A stretch of 64,000 nucleotides of DNA. Origin: Gemmatimonadota bacterium (GTDB lineage Bacteria > Gemmatimonadota > Gemmatimonadetes > Longimicrobiales > RSA9). Each line of letters opens with the position of its first letter. Position 1 is the first letter of the stretch. Below the pieces are notes generated by a model that saw nothing but the letters and a program-made list of their open reading frames with translations, was not told where the DNA came from and searched no databases. The position numbers and the translations under genes were made by a program. Below, in pieces: positions 54,524 through 64,000 of the stretch. The stretch lies in contig JBDLIA010000006.1 in NCBI GenBank assembly GCA_039715185.1, positions 1,736 through 65,735 of the forward strand, read 5' to 3'.

Positions 54524-55564
54524 ATGCGGCCGCTGACAGCACGAGAGCCTGCCGAATCGCGCCCCGGAAAAGGGCCGCTGAGCGCCCTGGGCGCGCTCAT
54601 CTTAATCCTCGCTTCGGGCTGCGACAACGTGGCCTGGGGCGGCGTCGATTTCGATGTGGTGCCGCCGCCGCCGCGGGAACAGCCCGCGGCCGAAGGGGCC
54701 TCCGCCGAGGCTTCTCCCGAGACCATCGCCCTGCCCACCGCCGCGGTCCTGTTCGTGGCTCGTGCCGGCGGCGGTGGCGCTCGCCTGCGCCCGGTCGCGG
54801 AACTCGCGGAAGACGGTCTCAGGCCGCTCGGTCTGGAGCCGCTCCCCGAGGAGTATTGGCGGCGATTCGTCACGGAGTTCATGCGCCAGGGCAGCGAGTT
54901 TTCGCTCTACAGGGCGGGACGGAGGGCCGGAACGTTCGTGCTCGACGGCGCCTCGCCGTCGGGCGACGGCGCGTGCGCGGCGACCGCGACCGCCACCGGC
55001 GGCCTGGAACTCGCGGCCGGCGTCGAGCGCGCGGGCGACTTCCTCGCGCTCGCCGAGGGCACGCTGCCGCCGCAGACGGGAGTGGGCCGCGACTCGGCGG
55101 CGGCGGCCGCGCTGCGCGCGCGCGGCAGGCGGGTCGGTCCCATCCTGGCCGAACGACTCCTGCGCGCGCGCGGCGCCGGCCTGCCCGGAAACTGGCAGGC
55201 GGCGCTGGTCCAGGCGCAGGCCTTTCCGAGCCCGGACGGCGGGGACGGCCTCGTGGCCACTTTGCTCGTAGGGGATACCCTGGGGCCCGGCCTGGACGAC
55301 CTGGGCTTCGCGCTGTTCTACCTCGCGACGCCGAGTGCGGATCGATCCGGCATCGGCCTGGACACGGTGTTCACGGCCTTCTGGGACTACCCCCAGACCG
55401 GCAAGACGGCGCCCAGGGTGCTCGGCTATCTGGACTGGGATCGGGACGGATGGCCCGGATTCGTGCTGGAGGTGTTCGACACCTCCTCCAGTCGGCTGGA
55501 GACCCTCCAGCGCGATGAATCGGGGCAGTGGGCGACGGCGCCGCTGCTCGACTGCACGCCGTAG
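54524..55564 (+). CDS. Hypothetical lipoprotein
   Basis: Internal ATG at 54524 of ORF 54455..55564 gives ...GALILILASGC (lipobox). No RBS seen. No motif recognised. Confidence 0.45.
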   Translation: MRPLTAREPAESRPGKGPLSALGALILILASGCDNVAWGGVDFDVVPPPPREQPAAEGASAEASPETIALPTAAVLFVARAGGGGARLRPVAELAEDGLRPLGLEPLPEEYWRRFVTEFMRQGSEFSLYRAGRRAGTFVLDGASPSGDGACAATATATGGLELAAGVERAGDFLALAEGTLPPQTGVGRDSAAAAALRARGRRVGPILAERLLRARGAGLPGNWQAALVQAQAFPSPDGGDGLVATLLVGDTLGPGLDDLGFALFYLATPSADRSGIGLDTVFTAFWDYPQTGKTAPRVLGYLDWDRDGWPGFVLEVFDTSSSRLETLQRDESGQWATAPLLDCTP

Positions 55565-55583
55565 CGGGCCTGGCCGGGTCCCC

Positions 55584-56531
55584 TCAGAAAATCTCCAGAT
55601 TGATGTACTTACGAGGGTTGGCCCGCACGTCCTCGAGCAACGCGTTCAGACTCTCCGTCGCCGCCTGCATGCCGCTGGCCGCGCCGGTCAGGCTCAGGTA
55701 GAGAGAGTCGTCGGCGCTCAGCAGACCCAGCGTTCCCTCGCCGCGCTCCATCCGCCCCAGCACCTCCTGGAGGGACGCGGTGGTGGCGGTCAGGTGCGTG
55801 GACGCCTGCGTGAGCTCGGCCGTGAGGGAGTCCATGCGGGCCACCGCGCGCTGCAGCTCGGGCCCCGACGTGGCCCTCTCCAGGTTCTCCGCGCTGACCC
55901 GCAGCGAGCGCGACAGACCCGCCAGGTCCGAGCGCTGGGCCACCACCAGCTCGCGCGTTTCCACGAGCAGCGCGCGCAGCTCGGACACCGACGCGTGGAC
56001 GTCATCGACCAGGCGATCCGAAACCATGCCCTCGGCCCTGAGCAGCAGCGTGTCCACGCGCGCTATGCCCTCGGAGTCGGGGTCGAAGAGCCCGCGCACG
56101 ATGGTGCCCGGGATGGTTTCTCCGCCCTGAAGGAATTCGTCGGAGACGCCCGGTTCGATGTCGGCGACCATGCCTCCGACGAGTCCGGCGGAGCGAAGCC
56201 GAACCCGCGAGTCGGCCGGCACTTCGTATGCGCGCTCGAGCTCGATCCGGATGCGCACGCCGCCCCCCCTCTCGAGGTCGAACTCGGTGACCCGCCCGAT
56301 GTTCACGCCGAGCATGCGAACCGGGTCGCCGTTGCGCAGTCCGCCGGCGTCGGGGAGGACCGCGAACACGTTGGCCCGACCGCGGAACGTGCCCGGGTCC
56401 GTGAGCATGATAAGCGTCACCAGCGCCGCGACGACGCCGATGATGGCGAAGACTCCGGCCCAGATCTCCCGCCGTGCGGGGCTTGGAGGGACGAGGTTTT
56501 CCAGATCCTGGCGTTGGGGCGACGCCGCCAT
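55584..56531 (-). CDS. mlaD: MCE-domain protein (MlaD-like)
   Basis: N-terminal TM helix (IWAGVFAIIGVVAALVTLIML), then the MCE core GLRNGDPVRMLGVNIGRVTEF. Follows mlaE-mlaF. Confidence 0.75.
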   Translation of the reverse strand: MAASPQRQDLENLVPPSPARREIWAGVFAIIGVVAALVTLIMLTDPGTFRGRANVFAVLPDAGGLRNGDPVRMLGVNIGRVTEFDLERGGGVRIRIELERAYEVPADSRVRLRSAGLVGGMVADIEPGVSDEFLQGGETIPGTIVRGLFDPDSEGIARVDTLLLRAEGMVSDRLVDDVHASVSELRALLVETRELVVAQRSDLAGLSRSLRVSAENLERATSGPELQRAVARMDSLTAELTQASTHLTATTASLQEVLGRMERGEGTLGLLSADDSLYLSLTGAASGMQAATESLNALLEDVRANPRKYINLEIF

Positions 56532-57295
56532 CAGATCGCCTCCATCAAGGAGAGAGAGACCCGCGGGTCCTGACTCAGGTATGCCTGCACCATCGGATCG
56601 TCCGTGTTCTTGAATTCCTCGGGCTGGCCGACGAATCGGATGGTCCCGTTCGTCAGCATGGCGACGTGATCGGCGATCACCAGCGCCCCGTGCACGTCGT
56701 GCGTCACCAGTATCGAGGTGACGTCCAGCTCCGCCGCGAGACGCTCGATCAGCAGGTGGATGCTCGCGGCGTTTACCGGGTCCAGCCCCGTGACCGGCTC
56801 GTCGTAGAGCAGGATCTCGGGTTCCCCCACGATCGCGCGCGCCAGGCCCAAGCGCTTCCTCATGCCGCCCGACAGCTCCGAGGGCAGCTTCGCCAGGACC
56901 TGCGCCGGATCCAGATTGACGTGCTCGAGGGACCTCGCCACCCGGGCCATCAGCTCGCTACGCGGCATGGCTCGAAGCCTGGCCTCCGGGATCCCCTGCG
57001 AGACGTTCTCGAACACGTTCATGGAATCGAACAGGGCCGAGCCCTGAAACACGTACCCGACGCGCTGCCGCACCCGCTCGAGCGTCCCGCGCCCCGAAAA
57101 ATACACCGACTCGCCGTCTATGCAGACGTCGCCCCGATCCGGCACGATCAGGCCGATGGTGGTCTTGAGCAGCACGCTCTTGCCGGTGCCCGATGGGCCG
57201 ACGACGGCCATCGTTTCGCCGGTCTCCACGCGCAGGTCGACGCCTGTCAGAACGGGCAGGTCGAACGCCTTGTGGATGTTCTTGTACTCGACCAT
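56531..57295 (-). CDS. mlaF: ABC transporter ATP-binding protein (MlaF-like)
   Basis: Walker A GPSGTGKS, signature LSGGMRKR, Walker B LLYDEP. Confidence 0.85.
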   Translation of the reverse strand: MVEYKNIHKAFDLPVLTGVDLRVETGETMAVVGPSGTGKSVLLKTTIGLIVPDRGDVCIDGESVYFSGRGTLERVRQRVGYVFQGSALFDSMNVFENVSQGIPEARLRAMPRSELMARVARSLEHVNLDPAQVLAKLPSELSGGMRKRLGLARAIVGEPEILLYDEPVTGLDPVNAASIHLLIERLAAELDVTSILVTHDVHGALVIADHVAMLTNGTIRFVGQPEEFKNTDDPMVQAYLSQDPRVSLSLMEAI

Positions 57296-58090
57296 TCAGT
57301 TCAGCAGGATGGGCGGCATGGAGGCGTCCAGTATGAGGACCGCGAGCGTCATGAACACCACCGCCGACGTGGTCGCCTTGCCCACGCCCTCGGCGCCTCC
57401 CTGGGTCTCGAACCCCATGTGCACGGCGATGAACGGGATCCAGAAGCCGAACGCCGTCGCTTTCACCAACGAGTACACCAGGTCCCACTTGTGCCAGTAC
57501 AGTTGGGCCCCGTAGAAGAACGACCCGGACCCGAGGCCCATCGTCAGGTTGGCCGCGACCATGCCGGTGAACACGCCTACTACGTTGGCGATCGCGACGA
57601 GAACCGGCACCACGAGAATGCCGGCGGCCACGCGCGGCGCGGCGAGCACCACGACGGGATCGCGTCCGAGCGAGCGCAACGCGTCGATCTGCTCGGAGAC
57701 CTTCATCGTCCCGAATTCGGCTGTGATGCGGGCCCCCACCCGCCCGACCATGACGATCGCGGTCATCACGGGTCCGAGCTCGAGCACCACGCTGGAGGCC
57801 ACGACGCTGCCCAGGATGTAGAGCGGGATGGCGCCTGTGAACTGATACCCTCCTTGCTGGGACGTAACGATGCCGCCGAGCATGGCGGTGACGATCACGA
57901 TGGGGATGGACTGGACCCCCATCCACCAGATCTGATCAACCACCGCGCGCAGCGGTACCCGGCCCCGCGCGAACGCCCCCACGATCCCCGCGAAGAGACT
58001 GACCATGCGTCCGGCGTGCCGCGCCACGTTGTGCGCCGTCCGTCCCCACGATGCCAGGAGACGCCCCCCGACTCCCGCTGCCGCGTTCAT
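57296..58090 (-). CDS. mlaE: ABC transporter permease (MlaE-like)
   Basis: 264-aa polytopic protein. VSEQIDALRSLG is a hallmark MlaE motif. Confidence 0.85.
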   Translation of the reverse strand: MNAAAGVGGRLLASWGRTAHNVARHAGRMVSLFAGIVGAFARGRVPLRAVVDQIWWMGVQSIPIVIVTAMLGGIVTSQQGGYQFTGAIPLYILGSVVASSVVLELGPVMTAIVMVGRVGARITAEFGTMKVSEQIDALRSLGRDPVVVLAAPRVAAGILVVPVLVAIANVVGVFTGMVAANLTMGLGSGSFFYGAQLYWHKWDLVYSLVKATAFGFWIPFIAVHMGFETQGGAEGVGKATTSAVVFMTLAVLILDASMPPILLN

Positions 58091-58168
58091 CCGTTCCGAT
58101 CGCTGTTCCTGGCGGGCCGGCCGCCCGACGAGGCCGGAATGTCACCACGGCCCGCTCGCGGGACAAGC

Positions 58169-58198
58169 TTGCCAGGCTCACCGGGTCTGCAGTAGGGT
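58169..58198 (+). promoter_or_regulatory. Candidate promoter for the riboswitch-btu operon
   Basis: TTGCCA (58169-58174), an 18-nt spacer, then TAGGGT (58193-58198), directly upstream of the riboswitch core. Confidence 0.3.
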
Positions 58199-58199
58199 A

Positions 58200-58400
58200 G
58201 GGTCGGCCCCGGCGCTGAAAGCCGGAGCCGATGACAGACGAGAGTACGCGGGCGGTGCCAAACGGAAGCCGGTGAGATTCCGGCGCGGCCCCGCCACTGT
58301 GAGAGGCCCCGGCAACTGCGCCGGGCCAGGCCCGTTCAGCGAGCCACTGGAGCGAGATCTCCGGGAAGGCGAGCGGCGCCGCCTCGAGCCAGGAGACCGG
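58200..58400 (+). promoter_or_regulatory. Cobalamin (B12) riboswitch
   Basis: GGTGCCAAACGGAAGCCGGTGAGATTCCGGCGCGGCCCCGCCACTGTGA core, plus the B12 box AGCCACTGG...GGGAAGGC. Located 5' of B12-type uptake genes. Confidence 0.85.
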
Positions 58401-58446
58401 CACGTCCGCGCCCCGAACACACGTCCTTCGAGGGAGAGGGCCGGGG

Positions 58447-59505
58447 GTGCACGGCGCGTGCCCGCTCGGCCCGGTCGTGTCCCGGCCCGTCCCCGTAACG
58501 CGGGAGCGGGCCTTGTTGCATCGTGGAGTTGGCGGGACCGGCTGGGTCACGCTGGTGGCGGCGCTCGGCCTGTGGAGTTGCGCGGGCGAGGTAGGGGCGG
58601 GTGACGCTGGCGCGGCGCAAACCGCCGCCGCCGCGTTACGGGTCGTGGACGATGCCGGCAACGCGGTGGACCCGGCAGCGGCGCCCCGGCGCATCGTCTC
58701 GCTCATCCCCGCGGTGACGGAGTTCGTCGTGGCGCTGGGCGCGGCGGACAGGCTCATCGCCCGCACCGACTACGACACCAACCCCCTGCTGGACACGCTC
58801 CCGTCGGTGGGGGGAGGCCTCACCCCGGACCTCGAGTGGCTGGTGCAGCGGCGCCCGGACCTGGTGATCGGCTGGACCGACGGCACCGCCCGCACCGTTC
58901 TGGGACGGCTCCGGGACCTGGGTGTCTCGGTCTACGCCGCCGACATTCAGTCGCTCGCGGACGCCGACTCGACGGTCCTTCGCATCGGTCGGCTGCTGGA
59001 CCTCCGCGAAGCCGCCGAGGGCATCGTCCGCGACACGCGCTCCGGGCTGGACGAGGTCAGGCGCGCCGTGGACGGGATGCCGCGGCCGAGCGTCCTGTAC
59101 GTGCTCTCGACCGATCCCCCCATGACGGCCGGTCCGGGCACGTTTCTGCACGAGGTGATAGAGCTGGCGGGCGGGATCAACGTGTTCGCGGACGCCGGCG
59201 CGCGCTGGCCCACAATCAGCCTCGAACAGGTTGTCGCTAGAGACCCCGACGTGCTGCTCGTGCCCGTGGGCGAGGAGGGCTTCGCGCACGCCGATCAACT
59301 CGCTCGACTCCCGGGCTGGGCCAGCCTGTCGGCGGTGCGCGCCGGCCGCGTTCACGAGGTCGACGCCGAGCTGTTCCACCGGCCGGGTCCGCACCTGGTG
59401 GACGTGGCCCGCACGCTCGCGCGCACCTACTACCCGGGCGTCGGGCTGGACGGAGACGACGGCGCGCCGGGGAGCCGAGGCACCCCGACGGAGGTCGAGG
59501 GCTAG
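58447..59505 (+). CDS. btuF: Periplasmic cobalamin/siderophore-type ABC substrate-binding protein
   Basis: GTG at 58447 after GGGAGAGGG. RIVSLIPAVTEFVVALGAADRLIARTDY is typical of the BtuF/FhuD family. Start is uncertain (possible lipobox LWSC at ~aa 44). Confidence 0.7.
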   Translation: MHGACPLGPVVSRPVPVTRERALLHRGVGGTGWVTLVAALGLWSCAGEVGAGDAGAAQTAAAALRVVDDAGNAVDPAAAPRRIVSLIPAVTEFVVALGAADRLIARTDYDTNPLLDTLPSVGGGLTPDLEWLVQRRPDLVIGWTDGTARTVLGRLRDLGVSVYAADIQSLADADSTVLRIGRLLDLREAAEGIVRDTRSGLDEVRRAVDGMPRPSVLYVLSTDPPMTAGPGTFLHEVIELAGGINVFADAGARWPTISLEQVVARDPDVLLVPVGEEGFAHADQLARLPGWASLSAVRAGRVHEVDAELFHRPGPHLVDVARTLARTYYPGVGLDGDDGAPGSRGTPTEVEG

Positions 59506-60482
59506 TGGCGCGCCTCTTTCTGCTGGCCGTGCTGCTCGCCGCGCTGGCCGTGCTGGCGGTCGGCGTAGGATCGGCGGGGCTTCCCCTGGCCGACGTGGTC
59601 GCCGCGCTGCGCGGCGCCGCCGACGAACCCACGCGCGTCATCGTGTGGGAGTTGCGCTTGCCGCGCATAGCCCTCGCGGCGCTGGCGGGCGGAGCCCTGG
59701 CGCTGGCCGGCGCCGTGTTCCAGGCGCTGCTGCGCAACCCGCTCGCCGATCCCTACGTGCTGGGGGTGTCCGGCGGCGCGGCCGTGGGCGCGGTGCTGGC
59801 GCTGGCGCTGGGACTGCCGCAGACCTCTTCCGTCGCCCTCCCCGTGGCCGCGCTGGCCGGCGCGCTCGGCGCGACCGCTCTGGTTTTTCGCATCGCCTCC
59901 GCCCCGGGCCGGGCGCTGGACACCCGCGTGCTGCTGCTGGCCGGAGTCATCGCCGGAGCCTTCTTCAACGCGGTCATCCTGCTGCTGCTCACGTTCGCCA
60001 GCGCGGAGACGTTTCGGTCCGCGATCTTCTGGATGATGGGCAGCCTTTCCGGCACCGGGTGGCGCGCACCGTTGGCCCTGGCGGCCGCCGTGTTGCCCGC
60101 GTCCGCCGCCCTGGTGGCGCTCGCCCGTCCGCTGAACCTGCTCGCGATCGGCGAGGACACGGCGCTGTATCTGGGCACCCGCGTGGAGCGCGTGAAGATC
60201 GCGGCCTATTTCCTCGCCTCGCTGCTGGTCGCCGGGGCGGTGGCCGCCGCCGGAGTCATCGGCTTCATCGGCCTGGTCGTCCCCCACGCGTTGCGGCTGG
60301 TGTGGGGGGGCGATCACCGGCTGCTGCTGCCGGCGAGCCTGCTGGGGGGCGGGGCGTTCCTGATCGCCGCGGACACGCTGGCTCGCAGCGCCACGGAGGC
60401 CATGGAGTTGCCGGTGGGCGTGGTCACAGCGCTGATCGGAGTGCCGGTCTTCGCGCTCCTGCTGAGGCGGAGCCTCGCGTGA
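59505..60482 (+). CDS. btuC: FecCD/BtuC-family ABC permease
   Basis: Polytopic. LRLPRIALAALAGGALALAGAVFQALLRNPLADPYVLGVSGGA is the FecCD signature. Confidence 0.85.
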   Translation: MARLFLLAVLLAALAVLAVGVGSAGLPLADVVAALRGAADEPTRVIVWELRLPRIALAALAGGALALAGAVFQALLRNPLADPYVLGVSGGAAVGAVLALALGLPQTSSVALPVAALAGALGATALVFRIASAPGRALDTRVLLLAGVIAGAFFNAVILLLLTFASAETFRSAIFWMMGSLSGTGWRAPLALAAAVLPASAALVALARPLNLLAIGEDTALYLGTRVERVKIAAYFLASLLVAGAVAAAGVIGFIGLVVPHALRLVWGGDHRLLLPASLLGGGAFLIAADTLARSATEAMELPVGVVTALIGVPVFALLLRRSLA

Positions 60483-61318
60483 GGGGGGCGCCCGAGTTCC
60501 GCGCCCGGGGCGTGACGTTTCGCTACCCGAGGAGCGCGCGGCCGGCGCTCGACGGCGTCGACTTCCACGCGCCCGCGGGCGTCCTGTCGACGGTGATAGG
60601 CCCCAACGGCAGCGGCAAATCGACGCTGCTCCGGGTGCTGCTCGGCGCCCACGTTCCCACCACCGGCGAGGTCACGTTCGCCGGCGCATCGGTGCCCGCG
60701 TGGGATCGGCGGGCGCTCGCGCGCCGGGTGGGAGTGGTCCCCCAATCGGAGACCGTGGCGTTCCCCATGCGCGTGCGTGACTACGTCGCCATGGGGCGCT
60801 ACCCACACGTGGGACCGTGGCGACCCATGGCGGACTCCGACCACGCCGCCGTCTCCGACGCCATGGCGCGCTGCGACGCCGGCGCCTTCGCAGACCGCCT
60901 CCTGTCGACGCTGTCGGGCGGGGAGATGCAGCGCGTTCGCATCGCCCGCGCGTTGGCCCAGGAGCCCGAGGCGCTCGTCCTGGACGAGCCCACAGCGGCG
61001 CTCGACGTGCGCCACGAGATGGCCATTTTCTCGCTCCTGCTGGGCCTCGCCCGCGAGGGGCGCGCGGTGGTTCTCGTCACGCACTCGCTCAACCTCTCGG
61101 GGCGCTTCGCGGATCGCGTACTCCTTCTGGACCGGGGGCGGCCGAGGGCCGAGGGCCCTCCCGGCGATGTGCTTCGACAGGAGCACATCGAGCGGGTCTA
61201 CGAGTGGCCCGTGCGCATCACGACACACCCGGGACCGGGTCGAGACCAGGGCGCGCCGCAGGTGGTGCCGCTGAGGAGACCGATCCGGCCCGGACCGCAA
61301 CCCATTCCACCCGCATAG
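60479..61318 (+). CDS. btuD: ABC ATP-binding protein (BtuD/FecE-like)
   Basis: GTG at 60479 (GTGA overlap with the upstream stop). Walker A GPNGSGKST, signature LSGGEMQR, Walker B LVLDEP. Confidence 0.85.
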   Translation: MRGAPEFRARGVTFRYPRSARPALDGVDFHAPAGVLSTVIGPNGSGKSTLLRVLLGAHVPTTGEVTFAGASVPAWDRRALARRVGVVPQSETVAFPMRVRDYVAMGRYPHVGPWRPMADSDHAAVSDAMARCDAGAFADRLLSTLSGGEMQRVRIARALAQEPEALVLDEPTAALDVRHEMAIFSLLLGLAREGRAVVLVTHSLNLSGRFADRVLLLDRGRPRAEGPPGDVLRQEHIERVYEWPVRITTHPGPGRDQGAPQVVPLRRPIRPGPQPIPPA

Positions 61319-61331
61319 TCGCAGGAGAATC

Positions 61332-63296
61332 ATGCGCATCCGTACTGCCCTCGGCGTCGCGACCACGACGCTTTGCCTTCTGGTTGCCCCGGGCGCGGCC
61401 CAGGAGTCCGCGGACACGGTCGTCTACCCGCTGCCCGGGCTGAGCGTCACCGCGCTACGCCTTCCGGTGCCTCGGGCCGCCGTACCGCTGAACGTGACGG
61501 TGGTCGATGGGGAGACGCTGCGAGCGCGCGGAATACGGTCGCTGGCCGAAGCGCTCGATGAGTGGGCGGGGATAACCGTCGTCGAAACCGGCTCGTTCGG
61601 AGGCACGACCTCCATCTTCGTGCGCGGCGGCGAGAGCGACTACGTGCGCGTGCTGATCGATGGCGTTCCCGTGAACGCCCCGGGCGGGGGGCTGAACATC
61701 GCCCACCTGACGGCAGCAAACATCGATCGCATCGAGGTCGTACGCGGTCCCAGCAGCGTGCTGTACGGATCCGATGCGGTGGCCGCGGTGATCGAGATAC
61801 ACACCAGGGAGGGTGCGGGCGCGCCGAAGTTGGACGCGCGCGCGCGGGGCGGCAGCCACGGCACCGTGGACCTGGCGGTCGCGGTCTTCGGGGGCGGCGA
61901 CCGGCTCTCCTACTCGGCGTCGCTGTCCAACTTCGACACCGACGGAGTATTGGATTTCAACAACCAGTATCGAAACACGGAGGCCAGCGCCCGCCTGGCG
62001 CTCCAGCCCGATGAGCTCACCTCGATAGCGCTTTCGCTGCGCTACTCGGACCACGACTTCCACTTCCCGACCAACGGCGCCGGCGCGCTCGTCGACCGAA
62101 ATCAGTTCACCGCGGGCGACCGCACGGTGGCGTCGCTGGACGCCAGCCGCCGTTTCGGCCCTGTGGAGGCGGAGATCACGCTCGGAGCGCACCGCAGCGA
62201 CGAGGGCATCCGCGACGCGTTCGATGACGCGGAAGACGCCGAATCGCTGCGCACCGACGACGAGGCGCGACGGCTGCTCGCGGACGCCCGTGCGCACGTT
62301 CGGTTGGAGGAGACCGCGGTCCTGACTATCGGCGGTCTGGTCGAGGACGAATCGCTGGAGACGGCGCTCGCCTCCGAGAGCTCTTTCGGGCCATTCGAGA
62401 GCGCCGCGGCCAACGATCGATCCACGCGCGCCCTGTACGGTCAGGTCCTCCTCACGCCGCGTACCGACGTGTCGCTCACCGGAGGTGTGCGTTACGAGGA
62501 CAACGAAATCTTCGGAAGCCACACGACCTGGCGCCTGGGGGCGTCCTTCGCCCCCGCGGCTGCGCTCCGCGTGCGCGCGTCGGCCGGAACGGGCTTCAAG
62601 GAGCCGACCTTCTTCGAGAACTTCGCGGAAGGATTCGCGCTGGGGAATCCGGATCTCGTGCCGGAGGAATCGCGGAGTTGGGAGGTCGGGTTGGACGCCG
62701 CCACCCGGGACGGTGCGGCGACCCTCTCGGCGACTTTCTTCGATCAGCGCTTCGACGAGCTGATCGACTTCACGTTTGCGCCGCCGGTGGACGGAGACCC
62801 CAACTTCTTCAACATCGCGCGCGCCGATGCCCGGGGCATGGAGATAAGCGGGGAGGCAGCGCTCGGCGGCGGCATCGGGATCGCCGCGGACTACACGTGG
62901 CTGGACACCGAGGTGCGCGATCCGGGGTTCGACGTGACGGCCGACGCCACGTTCGCGCCCGGCCAACGGCTCTTGCGCCGGCCTCGGCACTCCTGGTCTT
63001 CGCGCGTCACATGGCGTTCACAAGCCGTCGGCGTCCTGGCCGCGGAAGGGCGCTACGTCGGCGCCAGAGAAGATCAGGACTTCTCTTCCTTCCCCGCGGT
63101 CCGCGTGGAGTCCGACGCGTTCTTCCTGCTGGACGTGTCCGCCGAGGTACCCCTGCTCCGTTCGGACCGCGGGCGCCGCTTGGCGGCCGTCGTGCGAATC
63201 GAGAATCTGCTCGACGAGAGCTACGAGGATCCCACCGGGTTTCAGGCGCGAGGCTTCACCGTGCTGGCCGGCCTACGCGCAGGACTCGGTCGTTGA
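61332..63296 (+). CDS. btuB: TonB-dependent receptor (BtuB-like)
   Basis: Signal peptide. TonB-box-like DTVVYPLPGLSVTA. Plug motifs IEVVRGPSSVLYGSDAVAAVI. Last gene of the riboswitch-controlled operon. Confidence 0.8.
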   Translation: MRIRTALGVATTTLCLLVAPGAAQESADTVVYPLPGLSVTALRLPVPRAAVPLNVTVVDGETLRARGIRSLAEALDEWAGITVVETGSFGGTTSIFVRGGESDYVRVLIDGVPVNAPGGGLNIAHLTAANIDRIEVVRGPSSVLYGSDAVAAVIEIHTREGAGAPKLDARARGGSHGTVDLAVAVFGGGDRLSYSASLSNFDTDGVLDFNNQYRNTEASARLALQPDELTSIALSLRYSDHDFHFPTNGAGALVDRNQFTAGDRTVASLDASRRFGPVEAEITLGAHRSDEGIRDAFDDAEDAESLRTDDEARRLLADARAHVRLEETAVLTIGGLVEDESLETALASESSFGPFESAAANDRSTRALYGQVLLTPRTDVSLTGGVRYEDNEIFGSHTTWRLGASFAPAAALRVRASAGTGFKEPTFFENFAEGFALGNPDLVPEESRSWEVGLDAATRDGAATLSATFFDQRFDELIDFTFAPPVDGDPNFFNIARADARGMEISGEAALGGGIGIAADYTWLDTEVRDPGFDVTADATFAPGQRLLRRPRHSWSSRVTWRSQAVGVLAAEGRYVGAREDQDFSSFPAVRVESDAFFLLDVSAEVPLLRSDRGRRLAAVVRIENLLDESYEDPTGFQARGFTVLAGLRAGLGR

Positions 63297-63312
63297 CCGA
63301 GCGCGGATCGGG

Positions 63313-63999
63313 TCAGCGCCGCGGCTGACCGGCCAGGTCCTCCAGCAGGAGCTTGTAGCTCTCGTAGCGGGGCGAGCCTATCTCGCCGCGCTCGAGGGCG
63401 GCGACGACGGCGCAGTCCGGCTCGTGCGTGTGCGAACAGGAGCTCCCGAAGCGGCACGACTCCAGATGAGGCCGGAACTCGACGAAGGCGGCGTCCAGTT
63501 GGGCGGGATCCACCCCCCAGAGGCCGAGCTCGCGCAGCCCCGGAGTGTCGGCCACGTAGGCGCCTTCGGAGAGCGGGATGAGTCGGGCGGCGACGGTCGT
63601 GTGGCGACCCTTGTTTACGGCCTCGCTGACCTCGCCCACGCGCAGATTCAGGCCCGGCCACAGCGCGTTCAGCAGGCTGGACTTGCCCACGCCGGATGGG
63701 CCGGTGAGCACGCTCGTCGAGTCTCGCAGGGCCGCGCGCAGCTCCGCGAGCCCCGCGCCCGACTCGACCGACGTGCGCAACACCGGGTAGCCGATGCGCT
63801 CGTACGGCTCGAACGGATCGGGGTCCGGGACCGCGGGCTCGGCGGCGGACGCGACCTCGGTCATGACCAGGTCCACCTTGTTGGCAACCAGCACCGCCGG
63901 AAGATGGTTCGCTTCGGCGAGCACCAGAAAGCGGTCGATCAGACGCGGATTGGGCACCGGGCTTTCGTAGGCGAACACGACCACGAGCCGGTCCACGTT
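63313..63999 (-). CDS. rsgA: Ribosome small-subunit-dependent GTPase A (N-terminus outside window)
   Basis: VANKVDL, LTGPSGVGKSSLLNAL, GRHTT, ADTPG and the zinc-finger CRFGSSCSHTHEPDC motifs. The ORF is open to the window edge. Confidence 0.85.
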   Translation of the reverse strand, partial: NVDRLVVVFAYESPVPNPRLIDRFLVLAEANHLPAVLVANKVDLVMTEVASAAEPAVPDPDPFEPYERIGYPVLRTSVESGAGLAELRAALRDSTSVLTGPSGVGKSSLLNALWPGLNLRVGEVSEAVNKGRHTTVAARLIPLSEGAYVADTPGLRELGLWGVDPAQLDAAFVEFRPHLESCRFGSSCSHTHEPDCAVVAALERGEIGSPRYESYKLLLEDLAGQPRR

Positions 64000-64000
64000 C

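Noticed and set aside
1-64000. Search for CRISPR arrays, tRNA/rRNA genes, integrases, transposases or prophage genes
   Set aside because: I found no regularly spaced short repeats, no cloverleaf-like or rRNA-like segments, and no recombinase or transposase motifs in any plausible ORF. Absence is judged by eye and should be confirmed with tRNAscan-SE, barrnap, minced and ISEScan.

Overview
GC-rich, gene-dense bacterial chromosomal segment with about 50 supported CDS, many coupled by 1-4 nt start/stop overlaps. The gene content (GWxTD protein, PorV plus a cargo protein with a T9SS C-terminal sorting domain, CarboxypepD_reg-type TonB-dependent receptor, DUF2723 membrane protein) suggests Gemmatimonadota or the FCB group; this is inference only. 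I found no rRNA, tRNA, CRISPR array, integrase or transposase. Most of the window is housekeeping or metabolic: actP, queG, queE, trpE, sbcCD, mlaFED, a cobalamin-riboswitch-controlled btuFCD-btuB operon, proline dehydrogenase, threonine dehydratase, GMC oxidoreductase and rsgA. The strongest unexplained signal is a perfectly identical, highly self-complementary 166-bp non-coding element. It occurs twice in direct orientation (17949-18114 and 42757-42922), each copy abutting gene stop codons, and it may be a MITE-like element or a structured RNA. Other items worth a second look: (1) a compact sulfur-trafficking operon (SQR-like flavoprotein, a DUF1641::TusE/DsrC fusion, a DsrE-like protein, a FadL-like porin); (2) a translationally coupled GNAT / ThiF-E1-like / GNAT / di-heme CCP-like operon with no visible carrier protein or peptide; (3) a small HNH nuclease coupled to a 767-aa HExxH lipoprotein; (4) a TonB receptor / 1235-aa T9SS cargo / PorV / GWxTD locus; (5) a flavin reductase coupled to a membrane-anchored SDR. 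All family calls were made by eye from motifs. No database search was possible.
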